From Patescibacteria group bacterium (GTDB taxonomy: Bacteria > Patescibacteriota > Patescibacteriia > Patescibacteriales > UBA12465): DNA of 64,000 nt. Below, in pieces: positions 55,246 to 62,836 of the stretch (its first letter is position 1; each line of letters starts with the position of its first letter). Below the pieces are notes generated by a model. It ran no database searches. It was not told where the DNA came from and worked only from the letters and a program-made list of their open reading frames with translations. A program made the translations under genes and the position numbers. The stretch covers positions 128,691 through 192,690 of the forward strand of contig JBAZTY010000001.1 in assembly GCA_041661685.1 (NCBI GenBank). Reading direction: 5' to 3'.

Positions 55246-56742
55246 ATGCCGGCAGTCAAAGAAGCCAAGCCAGAAGCTATCGTTCCAGCCAACGAGCGCC
55301 AGGAACGCCTGAAGAAGCTGGAAGAATTGAAGCAGGCGGGTATTAATCCTTATCCAGCTAAAGTTGAGCGTGATCATGAAATCGCCTCGGTATTGGCTAA
55401 TTTTGAGGCTCTGAGTGGCTCTCAAGAGGCTTTTGTCGTTGCTGGACGCTTGCGCGCTAAGCGCGAGCACGGCAATCTGGCTTTTGCTAACCTTGAAGAC
55501 GCATCGGGCAATATCCAGATCGCTTTTTCTAAGAAAGATATTGGCGTCGATTCCTATAAGAGCTTCTTAAAATTCATCGATATCGCTGATTTTATCCAGG
55601 TCAAAGGCTATGCTTTCTTGACCCATAAGGGCGAGAAAAGCGTCATGGTTCAGGAGTGGAAACTGCTGACCAAGGCTTTACGCCCGATTCCGGACGCTTG
55701 GTATGGCCTGAAGGATGAGGAAGAAAGATTACGCAAACGCTATTTAGATCTATTATTGAATCCGGAATTAAGAGATATCTTTTATAAGAAGGCGATGTTC
55801 TGGGAAACCGTGCGTCTTTTTATGAAGACTCATGGCTTTTTCGAAGTCGAGACCCCGACTATTGAGACGACGACCGGCGGCGCGGAAGCTAATCCTTTTA
55901 AGACGCATCATGATGATTTTGATCTTGATGTCTTCATGCGTATTTCTGTGGGTGAGCTCTGGCAGAAACGCTTGATGGCTGCCGGTTATGAAAAGGTCTA
56001 TGAGATCGGCCGCGTCTATCGTAATGAAGGCTCGAGCCCGGATCATCTCCAGGAATTTACGAACATGGAATTCTATTGGGCTTATGCCGATTACGAGATG
56101 GGCATGAAATTAGTTCAGGAATTATATCAGGAAATCGCGCTGCGCGTTTTCGGCAAGACTAAATTTACGACCAAAGGCTTTGAATATGACTTGGCCGGTG
56201 AATGGCCGAAGATAGACTATCGCGCCGAGGTCCTGAAGCAGACCGGGATAGACGTCCTAAAGGCGACAGAGAAAGAAATGGCTGCGGCTTTAGAGAAACT
56301 ACATGTTAAGTATGAAGGCAGTAATCGCGAGCGGTTGACTGATACTTTATGGAAATATTGCCGCAAGACTATTGCCGGTCCGGTTTTTTTGATCAATCAT
56401 CCGAAACTCGTCTCGCCTTTATCAAAAGCTAAGTCTGATAATCCAGAGTTGACTGAACGCTTCCAGATAATCATTGCCGGTAGCGAGGTCGGCAACGGCT
56501 TCTCAGAATTGAATGACCCGCTCGATCAGCAGAAACGTTTTGAAGACCAGCAGAAATTGATAGATAGGGGCGATAAGGAGGCGATGATGCCGGATTGGGA
56601 ATTCGTGGAAATGCTCGAGCATGGCATGCCGCCGACTTGCGGCTTTGGCTTTGGCGAGCGACTATTCGCGTTTCTAGTTGATAAACCGGTCAGGGAAGTG
56701 ACTTTATTCCCGTTAATGAAGCCTAAGAAGGAAGAAGAATAA
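55246..56742 (+). CDS. lysS: Lysine--tRNA ligase, class II
   Basis: INPYP, GRLRAKREHGNLAFANLEDASGNIQI, FFEVETP, YEIGRVYRNEG, EFTNMEFYWAY, GFGFGERL. Confidence 0.9.
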   Translation: MPAVKEAKPEAIVPANERQERLKKLEELKQAGINPYPAKVERDHEIASVLANFEALSGSQEAFVVAGRLRAKREHGNLAFANLEDASGNIQIAFSKKDIGVDSYKSFLKFIDIADFIQVKGYAFLTHKGEKSVMVQEWKLLTKALRPIPDAWYGLKDEEERLRKRYLDLLLNPELRDIFYKKAMFWETVRLFMKTHGFFEVETPTIETTTGGAEANPFKTHHDDFDLDVFMRISVGELWQKRLMAAGYEKVYEIGRVYRNEGSSPDHLQEFTNMEFYWAYADYEMGMKLVQELYQEIALRVFGKTKFTTKGFEYDLAGEWPKIDYRAEVLKQTGIDVLKATEKEMAAALEKLHVKYEGSNRERLTDTLWKYCRKTIAGPVFLINHPKLVSPLSKAKSDNPELTERFQIIIAGSEVGNGFSELNDPLDQQKRFEDQQKLIDRGDKEAMMPDWEFVEMLEHGMPPTCGFGFGERLFAFLVDKPVREVTLFPLMKPKKEEE

Positions 56743-56746
56743 AAAT

Positions 56747-57187
56747 ATGCGCCTTTGGAGCTTATCGCCGCAATATCTAGACCGCCAGGGTCTTTTGGCG
56801 GTTTGGCGAGAGGGTCTCTTGGCTAAGAAGGTCTTAGAGGGGAAGACAAGCGGGTATAAGAGTCATCCGCAGCTAACTAGATTTAAAGAGCAGGAGAAGC
56901 CGGTAGATCATATTAAGGCTTATTTACTGGGGATATATCAAGAAGCGGCTGATCGGGGCTATAAGTTTAATCGGGAAAAAGCCGGCCTCTTGAAAAATAA
57001 ATTAAAAGATATTAAAGTAAGCAGTGGCCAGATAGAGTACGAATTTGCGCATCTTCTGAAGAAGCTGGCTAAGCGCGATAGGAGCCGCTATAATGAACTG
57101 AAAAGCTTAGTTAAACCGGTTTCTCATCCTCTATTTAAGATAAGGAAGGGCGGAATAGAGCTTTGGGAAAAACAGCTAGGAAAATAA
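56747..57187 (+). CDS. Pyrimidine-dimer DNA glycosylase (T4 endonuclease V-like family)
   Basis: MRLWSLSPQYLDRQGLLAVWREGLLAKKVL...GYKSHPQLTRF matches the family N-terminus. Confidence 0.7.
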   Translation: MRLWSLSPQYLDRQGLLAVWREGLLAKKVLEGKTSGYKSHPQLTRFKEQEKPVDHIKAYLLGIYQEAADRGYKFNREKAGLLKNKLKDIKVSSGQIEYEFAHLLKKLAKRDRSRYNELKSLVKPVSHPLFKIRKGGIELWEKQLGK

Positions 57188-57196
57188 AATAATCAT

Positions 57197-57267
57197 TCGG
57201 GGATCGTCTAACGGTAGGACAACAGGTTCTGGTCCTGTTTATTGGGGTTCGAATCCCTATCCCCGAG
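57197..57267 (+). tRNA. tRNA-Gln (anticodon CUG)
   Basis: TCGGGGA-TC-GTCTAACGGTAGGAC-A-ACAGG-TTCTGGT-CCTGT-TTAT-TGGGG-TTCGAAT-CCCTA-TCCCCGA-G. U1-A72 as in bacterial tRNA-Gln. G37 is unusual. Confidence 0.85.
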
Positions 57268-58818
57268 CATCGATGAACTAACAGGTTGTAAAAGGCCTGT
57301 TTTTTCATAATCTTCGCCAAATTTTGCTAGTCCGAAACTACTATTTACTCGAGGCATCCATTCTGCTAAAAATCCGCCACCTAAAGTGTATTTTACCCTT
57401 ATTCTATCGCCCTTTAATTCAAAGTCCGAAAATAATTGTGATAAAACTAAACGCTTAGTTTCAACACTCTCTTCGGTGTTATCAATTAGATCCGGAGCTT
57501 CACTGGCCAAGCGATGAAGTTTGATGCCTTTTTCAAAGTCACTTATTTGATTAGTCGGGCTAAGTTGTTTAATTTTTTTCTCTAAATCTATCTTTTCACA
57601 GTTAAATTCATTATATTTTTTAGTATAAAAATCCTCAGTAATTTTGCCGTCCAGTTTGTCGTTATAGATTAGGTTTAATCTATTCTCAATCCGCTTTAAA
57701 CTCTCCTCTAAAGCCTGTTTTTGGCTTTCCAGAAGGTTATTATTGGTCGGCTCTACTTCTTTCATTGTGTTTTCTAACCAATCAATTAAGTGCGGTGTAG
57801 CGGCTTGCATCTTTTTCAAGTAAGCCATTAACTGATCAATAATATCTTGTTCTCTAACTCTGGTATTTTGCGAACAAGGGCGGTAATGATTACAGGTGCC
57901 ATAAATATGTCCCTTTCTTTCGCTCCAACTAATAATTCCGCCACATTCAGCGCAGCGAAGATTACCCTTAAAGATAAAGAGATGTTTTTTAAATTGAGCG
58001 GCCGATAATTTGCGCTTAATTCTAGTCTGCACTTTATCAAATAAGCTATTATCAACTATCGGTTCGTGATTACCAGGATAGATTTTTTTATTCCAGATAA
58101 TTTGTCCGGTATAAAAGGGATTAGTCAGCATACTGTGTAAAGTGTTTTTAGCGAGCATTTTTCCCGATGGTGTTTTTAGTCCTTGATCAAACATTACTTC
58201 GGCTAAAAATTTTAGAGAATAATTACCGCTAGCGTATAGCTCAAAAGCTTCTCTAATTAATGGCGCAATTTTTTCATCAATAATTTGTGTTTTATGTCCT
58301 TTGTCGCCAATTGTTTTATAACCTAAACACGGACGTTGCGGCATCCAACCGGATTCAAGTTTAGCTTTCTGTCCTTTCTTTACCTCCTCGCTTAAATTAT
58401 TAGTATAAAATCTGGCAATGGCTACTTTCATATCCCAGACTAAATTTTCATGAGCACGAGTATTACGGTTAACAACAAAATTTTCTTTAACAAAATGAAT
58501 TTCGTGGTTTTCGTTTTCATTAATCCAGTCGCTTATTATAGCTGCATCTCTAAGATTGCGAGTTAAGCGGTCTATTTTTTCAACCAGAAGAATATTAAAG
58601 CCGTTCTTTTTAACATAAACTAACATTTCAGAAAAAGTCTTCCTGATCAGCTTGCCGCTGGCGGATTCTGAAATCTTATAAATCTTGGCGATGCCAAATT
58701 CATTGCGAAGAGCATAATCTTTTAGCAGCTTTTCTTGAGCTTCTAGAGAATAGCCCCTATCCTCCTGTTCTTTAGAGGAAACTCGGCAATAAATTATACA
58801 TTGTTTAGCGTTTTTCAT
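57208..58818 (-). CDS. Large serine recombinase (integrase); the 3' end of the ORF runs antisense through tRNA-Gln
   Basis: CIIYCRVSSKEQEDRGYSLEAQ catalytic-Ser motif, VEKIDRLTRN, a recombinase domain, Zn-ribbon CAECGG...CNHY, and a coiled-coil. The Met at 58818 (MKNAKQC) is preferred over 58857. Confidence 0.85.
   Translation of the reverse strand: MKNAKQCIIYCRVSSKEQEDRGYSLEAQEKLLKDYALRNEFGIAKIYKISESASGKLIRKTFSEMLVYVKKNGFNILLVEKIDRLTRNLRDAAIISDWINENENHEIHFVKENFVVNRNTRAHENLVWDMKVAIARFYTNNLSEEVKKGQKAKLESGWMPQRPCLGYKTIGDKGHKTQIIDEKIAPLIREAFELYASGNYSLKFLAEVMFDQGLKTPSGKMLAKNTLHSMLTNPFYTGQIIWNKKIYPGNHEPIVDNSLFDKVQTRIKRKLSAAQFKKHLFIFKGNLRCAECGGIISWSERKGHIYGTCNHYRPCSQNTRVREQDIIDQLMAYLKKMQAATPHLIDWLENTMKEVEPTNNNLLESQKQALEESLKRIENRLNLIYNDKLDGKITEDFYTKKYNEFNCEKIDLEKKIKQLSPTNQISDFEKGIKLHRLASEAPDLIDNTEESVETKRLVLSQLFSDFELKGDRIRVKYTLGGGFLAEWMPRVNSSFGLAKFGEDYEKTGLLQPVSSSMLGDRDSNPNKQDQNLLSYR
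57281..57306 (+). terminator. Weak intrinsic terminator after tRNA-Gln
   Basis: acagg ... cctgt stem, extendable by G-U pairs, followed by tttttt. Confidence 0.45.
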
Positions 58819-58876
58819 ATTTTTGATAACTAAAAGGGAGCGGCTCCGTGCACACAAACCAATATCACTAAAAGCA

Positions 58877-58918
58877 ATACTTGTCTGTCAGAACCGCCCC
58901 CTTTTAGGGGACAAGTAT
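58877..58918. repeat. Interrupted inverted repeat upstream of the recombinase gene
   Basis: atacttgt ... acaagtat outer arms with an inner cccc-tttta-gggg. Confidence 0.4.
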
Positions 58919-58935
58919 AAAAAAAGCCTTTAGTA

Positions 58936-59118
58936 TTATGTTTGATTTGTGTGCTTCTTCATATTAGCAAAATGTCTAGATAATTTCAACTTTTTTAAAC
59001 CGGAAAAATAGGTGACTAATTGGTGGCCAAGTTCAAACGCCTCGGAATCCGTCAGATCTCGTCCGTAATCATCTTTGATGATTATCTTCAGTTGTTCCAG
59101 TCTGAACTTGCTAATCAT
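58936..59118 (-). CDS. Hypothetical small protein (60 aa)
   Basis: Co-oriented ORF within the island. No motif. Confidence 0.35.
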   Translation of the reverse strand: MISKFRLEQLKIIIKDDYGRDLTDSEAFELGHQLVTYFSGLKKLKLSRHFANMKKHTNQT

Positions 59119-59155
59119 AAATAATATTTATCGTAAAAAGTTTGTGCAGGACTTT

Positions 59156-59335
59156 TTACTCAATTTCTTTAAGGGCTCTTTCATAAGAGGCTAATTTTCT
59201 CTTAAGCATTTCGGTATCGCTTGAATGCTCAAAACTTTCTCCGGCCTCTAAAGCTTTTTTCATTCCGTTAATTTTTCCGACCAGCCAGGCGTGATAGCCG
59301 TAAGTGCCGAAATTAATTTTTTCTAAGTTTGCCAT
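59156..59335 (-). CDS. Hypothetical small protein (59 aa; not in the supplied ORF track)
   Basis: My translation of the minus strand is MANLEKINFGTYGYHAWLVGKINGMKKALEAGESFEHSSDTEMLKRKLASYERALKEIE. Its start lies 5 nt downstream of the Rep stop. Confidence 0.35.
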   Translation of the reverse strand: MANLEKINFGTYGYHAWLVGKINGMKKALEAGESFEHSSDTEMLKRKLASYERALKEIE

Positions 59336-59340
59336 ATTGT

Positions 59341-60180
59341 TTAATTGCTAGAGGGGAGTTGATAAATATTTACTGTCACCTCGCCTCGATATTTATTCTT
59401 AAATTCTTTCTCATAAACTTTTTCTAGAGGAGGGGAGTAATTAGCCATCACCTCTTCGCTCTCCAGACCTTTAAACTCTTGCGGTCGGTTTAAATTGCGA
59501 GAATAGAAGAATTTCTTTTTACCGAAATATTTTTTATTAAACGATTCTTTGCTTAAATACTTGGAGACATAGAGGCCGACATTATTGATTGATTTTATTT
59601 TATTGATTTTTACGAAACCGTGCCGCCAAATTTTCTCAATTTTTTTAGTCTCAACTTTTTGATTCAGGAGCAAATGATAGTGAATGGCTCCGCCGAATTC
59701 TTTTTTGATATTGGTGCGGAAATAGTAATCGCCTTGAAATTCGGGAACGGCCAGATATTTAATGCCTAGGAAATTATATTTCAGCCTTTGCATAAAAGTC
59801 ATAAACAGATAATTGCATTTTTCAAATTCGGTAATTTCTTTTTTATTGGTAAATTTATTTTCATCGAAGGTCAGAGTCAGGAAAGTAATAAAATCGGGAT
59901 TGCTATTTACTAGGCGCATAATGTTCATTCTCGTTCGCCTTAAGGCGCCGCTTCTCATTTCTGTTTGTTCTTCCTGGGGTTTATTCTTCCGCTTCTTTTT
60001 GCGAACCCGTTTCTTGCCGGTAGTTATTTCGTTTTGATAAATATATTCCTCAATGAATTGTCCGGAGATAATTATTTTGGTTTTATAAGACCCTTTAGCT
60101 CGTTTTTCTTTAGCTTTTTTAATGTATTCTAAATACTTTAATCGTCCACGTTCTAATCTATCTGTATCTTTGTTATCCAT
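59341..60180 (-). CDS. HUH-superfamily rolling-circle replication initiator (Rep)
   Basis: All three RCR motifs in order: FITFLTLTF (I), AIHYHLLLN (II, HUH) and GLYVSKYLSKE (III, catalytic Tyr). Highly basic N-terminus. Confidence 0.7.
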   Translation of the reverse strand: MDNKDTDRLERGRLKYLEYIKKAKEKRAKGSYKTKIIISGQFIEEYIYQNEITTGKKRVRKKKRKNKPQEEQTEMRSGALRRTRMNIMRLVNSNPDFITFLTLTFDENKFTNKKEITEFEKCNYLFMTFMQRLKYNFLGIKYLAVPEFQGDYYFRTNIKKEFGGAIHYHLLLNQKVETKKIEKIWRHGFVKINKIKSINNVGLYVSKYLSKESFNKKYFGKKKFFYSRNLNRPQEFKGLESEEVMANYSPPLEKVYEKEFKNKYRGEVTVNIYQLPSSN

Positions 60181-60247
60181 ATCACTTAAATCTTGTTGAG
60201 TGTGCTTATAGTCAAGTTAATAAGCAGATGTGAAGCGTTATATCTTG

Positions 60248-60316
60248 CCGCCTCTGTTTTTCTTTTTCGGCTCCCCCACGGGGTAGCCGCCGAAAAAGAA
60301 AAAAACAGAGAGACGG
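60248..60316. repeat. Long hairpin (about 28 bp) upstream of the Rep gene; candidate replication origin or terminator
   Basis: ctctgtttttctttttcggc ... gccgaaaaagaaaaa(aa)cagag arms enclosing cccc-cac-gggg. Confidence 0.7.
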
Positions 60317-60486
60317 ATAATTTTTGACGTTTAAGCATATGAGCAGAATTATGAATTAGTGAGGAGCTCGACCTTTTGGATTGTCTCCTAACCTATATGG
60401 ACGAAATTTCGCAGGCAATAAAAAAATCCCCTAACTTTAGATAAGTTAAGGGATTAAATTAGCAGGGAAATAGCGAGGAAATTTCT

Positions 60487-61560
60487 TTAGTAGTTGGGCA
60501 GATATTCTTTAGGCGGTAGTTTTTTACTGTCTGATTCGGAGATATGACGGTCTTGCCAGGATTCTCTGAATTCCGGTGGCGAGACAAGCTTAATTTTTAT
60601 TTGATATTCTTCATTTTTTTCATTGTAAACTATGGGGTCGTCTTTTAGTCCGAAGTGGGCTTTTAACCTTTTTGATAAGTCCTGTTTATTCTTCTTGAAT
60701 AAGTCTTTCTTAGCTTTACTTCCGGCATACATATTCATTTTAATACGGCCGTTTTGAGTCGAGAATAAGATAAGGGTATTCCAGCTTTTAATATAGGTCG
60801 CTTTTTGCGAGGAATCCTGACGAGTATCGGCAAAGCCCAGCTTATCATAACTGGAGTCGGATTCTTGGCCGTCTATTACCAAGGTCACATCGTAATTATT
60901 TTTAAACCTGATTTCAACGCTTTCCCAACTATCAGTTATTGGTTCTTTATATATTTTACTTTCAGTATCGGCGAATTCCCCAACCATAATAGAAGCTTCC
61001 AGCCAGCTCATAACGCTCTTATTAAAATCTAGCAGAAATCTCTTGTGGAGTTTCGGTTTTAGGACTATATCTAACTTAAATTTTTTTAATTCTTCCTCCA
61101 TCCCTTTTATTTCTTTGACCTGTCCGTCATAGTCATTCTCTATTAAAGCCTTTTTTAAAGGCGCTAAACTGCCAACCTTAAGAGATTTTTGATAAGCAGG
61201 CGCATAAAGACTAGCACCACCAATCATTTCTTTAAACAAACTGTAGTAAACCCAGTTATATGATTTAGTTTTACTGTTTTTTATTTTCCCTAAATTTTGT
61301 CCGAATAAGGCGCCGTCATGATCGTTATCTTTAACTTCTTTGCGGAGTAAAATCATAAATCCGCTAAATATCTTCTCCGATTCAATAATATCTAAATATT
61401 TTTTGATAATAGTAAAAAGCTCGGGCAGCTTGTCGGAAATAGACAAGGTTTCAGTGAGCTTTATGTTTTTTCGGGAAAAAATAACCTTGAAATAAGTCTT
61501 ACGAAATTCAGTAATAAGGCTTTCAAGGGTATTTTTTAATTGTTTGGCATCTTCAGTCAT
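60487..61560 (-). CDS. Hypothetical protein (357 aa), island cargo of unknown function
   Basis: Long AT-rich ORF co-oriented with Rep. No motif I can recognise. Confidence 0.55.
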   Translation of the reverse strand: MTEDAKQLKNTLESLITEFRKTYFKVIFSRKNIKLTETLSISDKLPELFTIIKKYLDIIESEKIFSGFMILLRKEVKDNDHDGALFGQNLGKIKNSKTKSYNWVYYSLFKEMIGGASLYAPAYQKSLKVGSLAPLKKALIENDYDGQVKEIKGMEEELKKFKLDIVLKPKLHKRFLLDFNKSVMSWLEASIMVGEFADTESKIYKEPITDSWESVEIRFKNNYDVTLVIDGQESDSSYDKLGFADTRQDSSQKATYIKSWNTLILFSTQNGRIKMNMYAGSKAKKDLFKKNKQDLSKRLKAHFGLKDDPIVYNEKNEEYQIKIKLVSPPEFRESWQDRHISESDSKKLPPKEYLPNY

Positions 61561-61789
61561 AGTGAGCTTATTTTATAACGTAAAGTTTTAATAGTCAAAA
61601 GCAGAGAAACGGGGTGGATTGTCTATCTGTGGCTTCTCATTTTAGCGTCAGCTTATCGCCTCTCAAGGTAGTGCCTGTGGCCTCCACTTTGACTGTCGCA
61701 AGCCATCAGACGCTGTCTCATTTCGTGCCGATAGATAATCTAAGGCGACGTTATCCGGCAATTTAATATCAGTCGCTACATTTAATTTT

Positions 61790-62083
61790 ATGACTATATC
61801 AGTCAAATCAAATTGGACAGGTTCAGAGAGCACCTCTGATCTTGTTAGAAAGCAGATTGCCGAGCGTTGGGGCGAAGATGAAGCTAAACGCTATAATCCG
61901 TTTGTTAATTGCTTCACCTTTAACGGTTGGCTTAAAAACGGCTATGTCGTTCGTAAGGACGAAAAGGCTATCCGGTCTTTCATTATCGTTGAGAAGAAAG
62001 ATAAGAAAACTGGAGCGGTGATAGAAAAGCGTCCTAAGACGATTTACCTTTTCTACGAGAAACAGGTTGAAGCGCAAGCTTAA
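61790..62083 (+). CDS. Small protein with weak resemblance to the ArdC N-terminal ssDNA-binding domain
   Basis: FTFNGWLKNGYVVRKDEKAI resembles the (L)TF.QA..LGG.VRKGEK motif. Low-confidence, motif-level only. Confidence 0.3.
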   Translation: MTISVKSNWTGSESTSDLVRKQIAERWGEDEAKRYNPFVNCFTFNGWLKNGYVVRKDEKAIRSFIIVEKKDKKTGAVIEKRPKTIYLFYEKQVEAQA

Positions 62084-62090
62084 CAAATTC

Positions 62091-62126
62091 AGGAGCTGAC
62101 TCTTAAAGGGTTGGCTCCTTTTTTTG
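62091..62126 (+). terminator. Intrinsic terminator after the ArdC-N-like ORF
   Basis: ggagc ... gctcc stem followed by ttttttt. Confidence 0.55.
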
Positions 62127-62193
62127 TATAGGCAATAGCCATTTGATTTTATTGTAGTTAAAAATAAAAGAGCTCAGTTTAGACTGAACTTTT

Positions 62194-62670
62194 TTATTGT
62201 AAAGTTTTTATTCTTTCTGTTTCGCTAAGTAGTAAAGCGGCCAGCTTAATATTAAAATTCATGATTAATGTAAGTTCCTTTTCACTATAGCCAACAAGGA
62301 TCTCCGGCATCTTTTTGATAAACAAATTGCGTGCCAGATTTAAATGACTCGGGTTGTCAACTATTAATCTAACGATAATTTTTCTTCTATCACTCTTATG
62401 GGCTTCACGTCTGATGAAATTAGCTTTTTCCAACCTATCAATTGCGGCAGTCATGGCACCAGTCGTGAGATTGGTTATTTTTGCCAATTCACCGGCACTA
62501 GCAAAACGTACCTCACTTAAATAATCCAAACATTTTATATCAGTAGGATGTATCCCAGTTGTTTCTGAAATTGACTGCACAAACAATATTGCCGCCCTAG
62601 TTTCTTTCTGAAAAGAGTTTATTAAATTATATATTGTTTTCTGATTAGCAATAGTCTTTTTAGATTCCAT
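62194..62670 (-). CDS. MarR-family transcriptional regulator
   Basis: Winged-helix pattern: AGELAKITNLTTGAMTAAIDRLEKANFIRREAHKSDRRKIIVRL. Confidence 0.8.
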   Translation of the reverse strand: MESKKTIANQKTIYNLINSFQKETRAAILFVQSISETTGIHPTDIKCLDYLSEVRFASAGELAKITNLTTGAMTAAIDRLEKANFIRREAHKSDRRKIIVRLIVDNPSHLNLARNLFIKKMPEILVGYSEKELTLIMNFNIKLAALLLSETERIKTLQ

Positions 62671-62836
62671 AGTTTTAAATAATAATTTGCATATATTACA
62701 AATTTACTTTATACTAAAGTTACTTAATAGTCAAGATATATAAATCTTTAAAGTGAATTTAATATACATTATTTTTATTGCACACAATCTTAAAAATAAT
62801 ATTTCTATAGTTTATTTCAAATAATAACATTAATTT

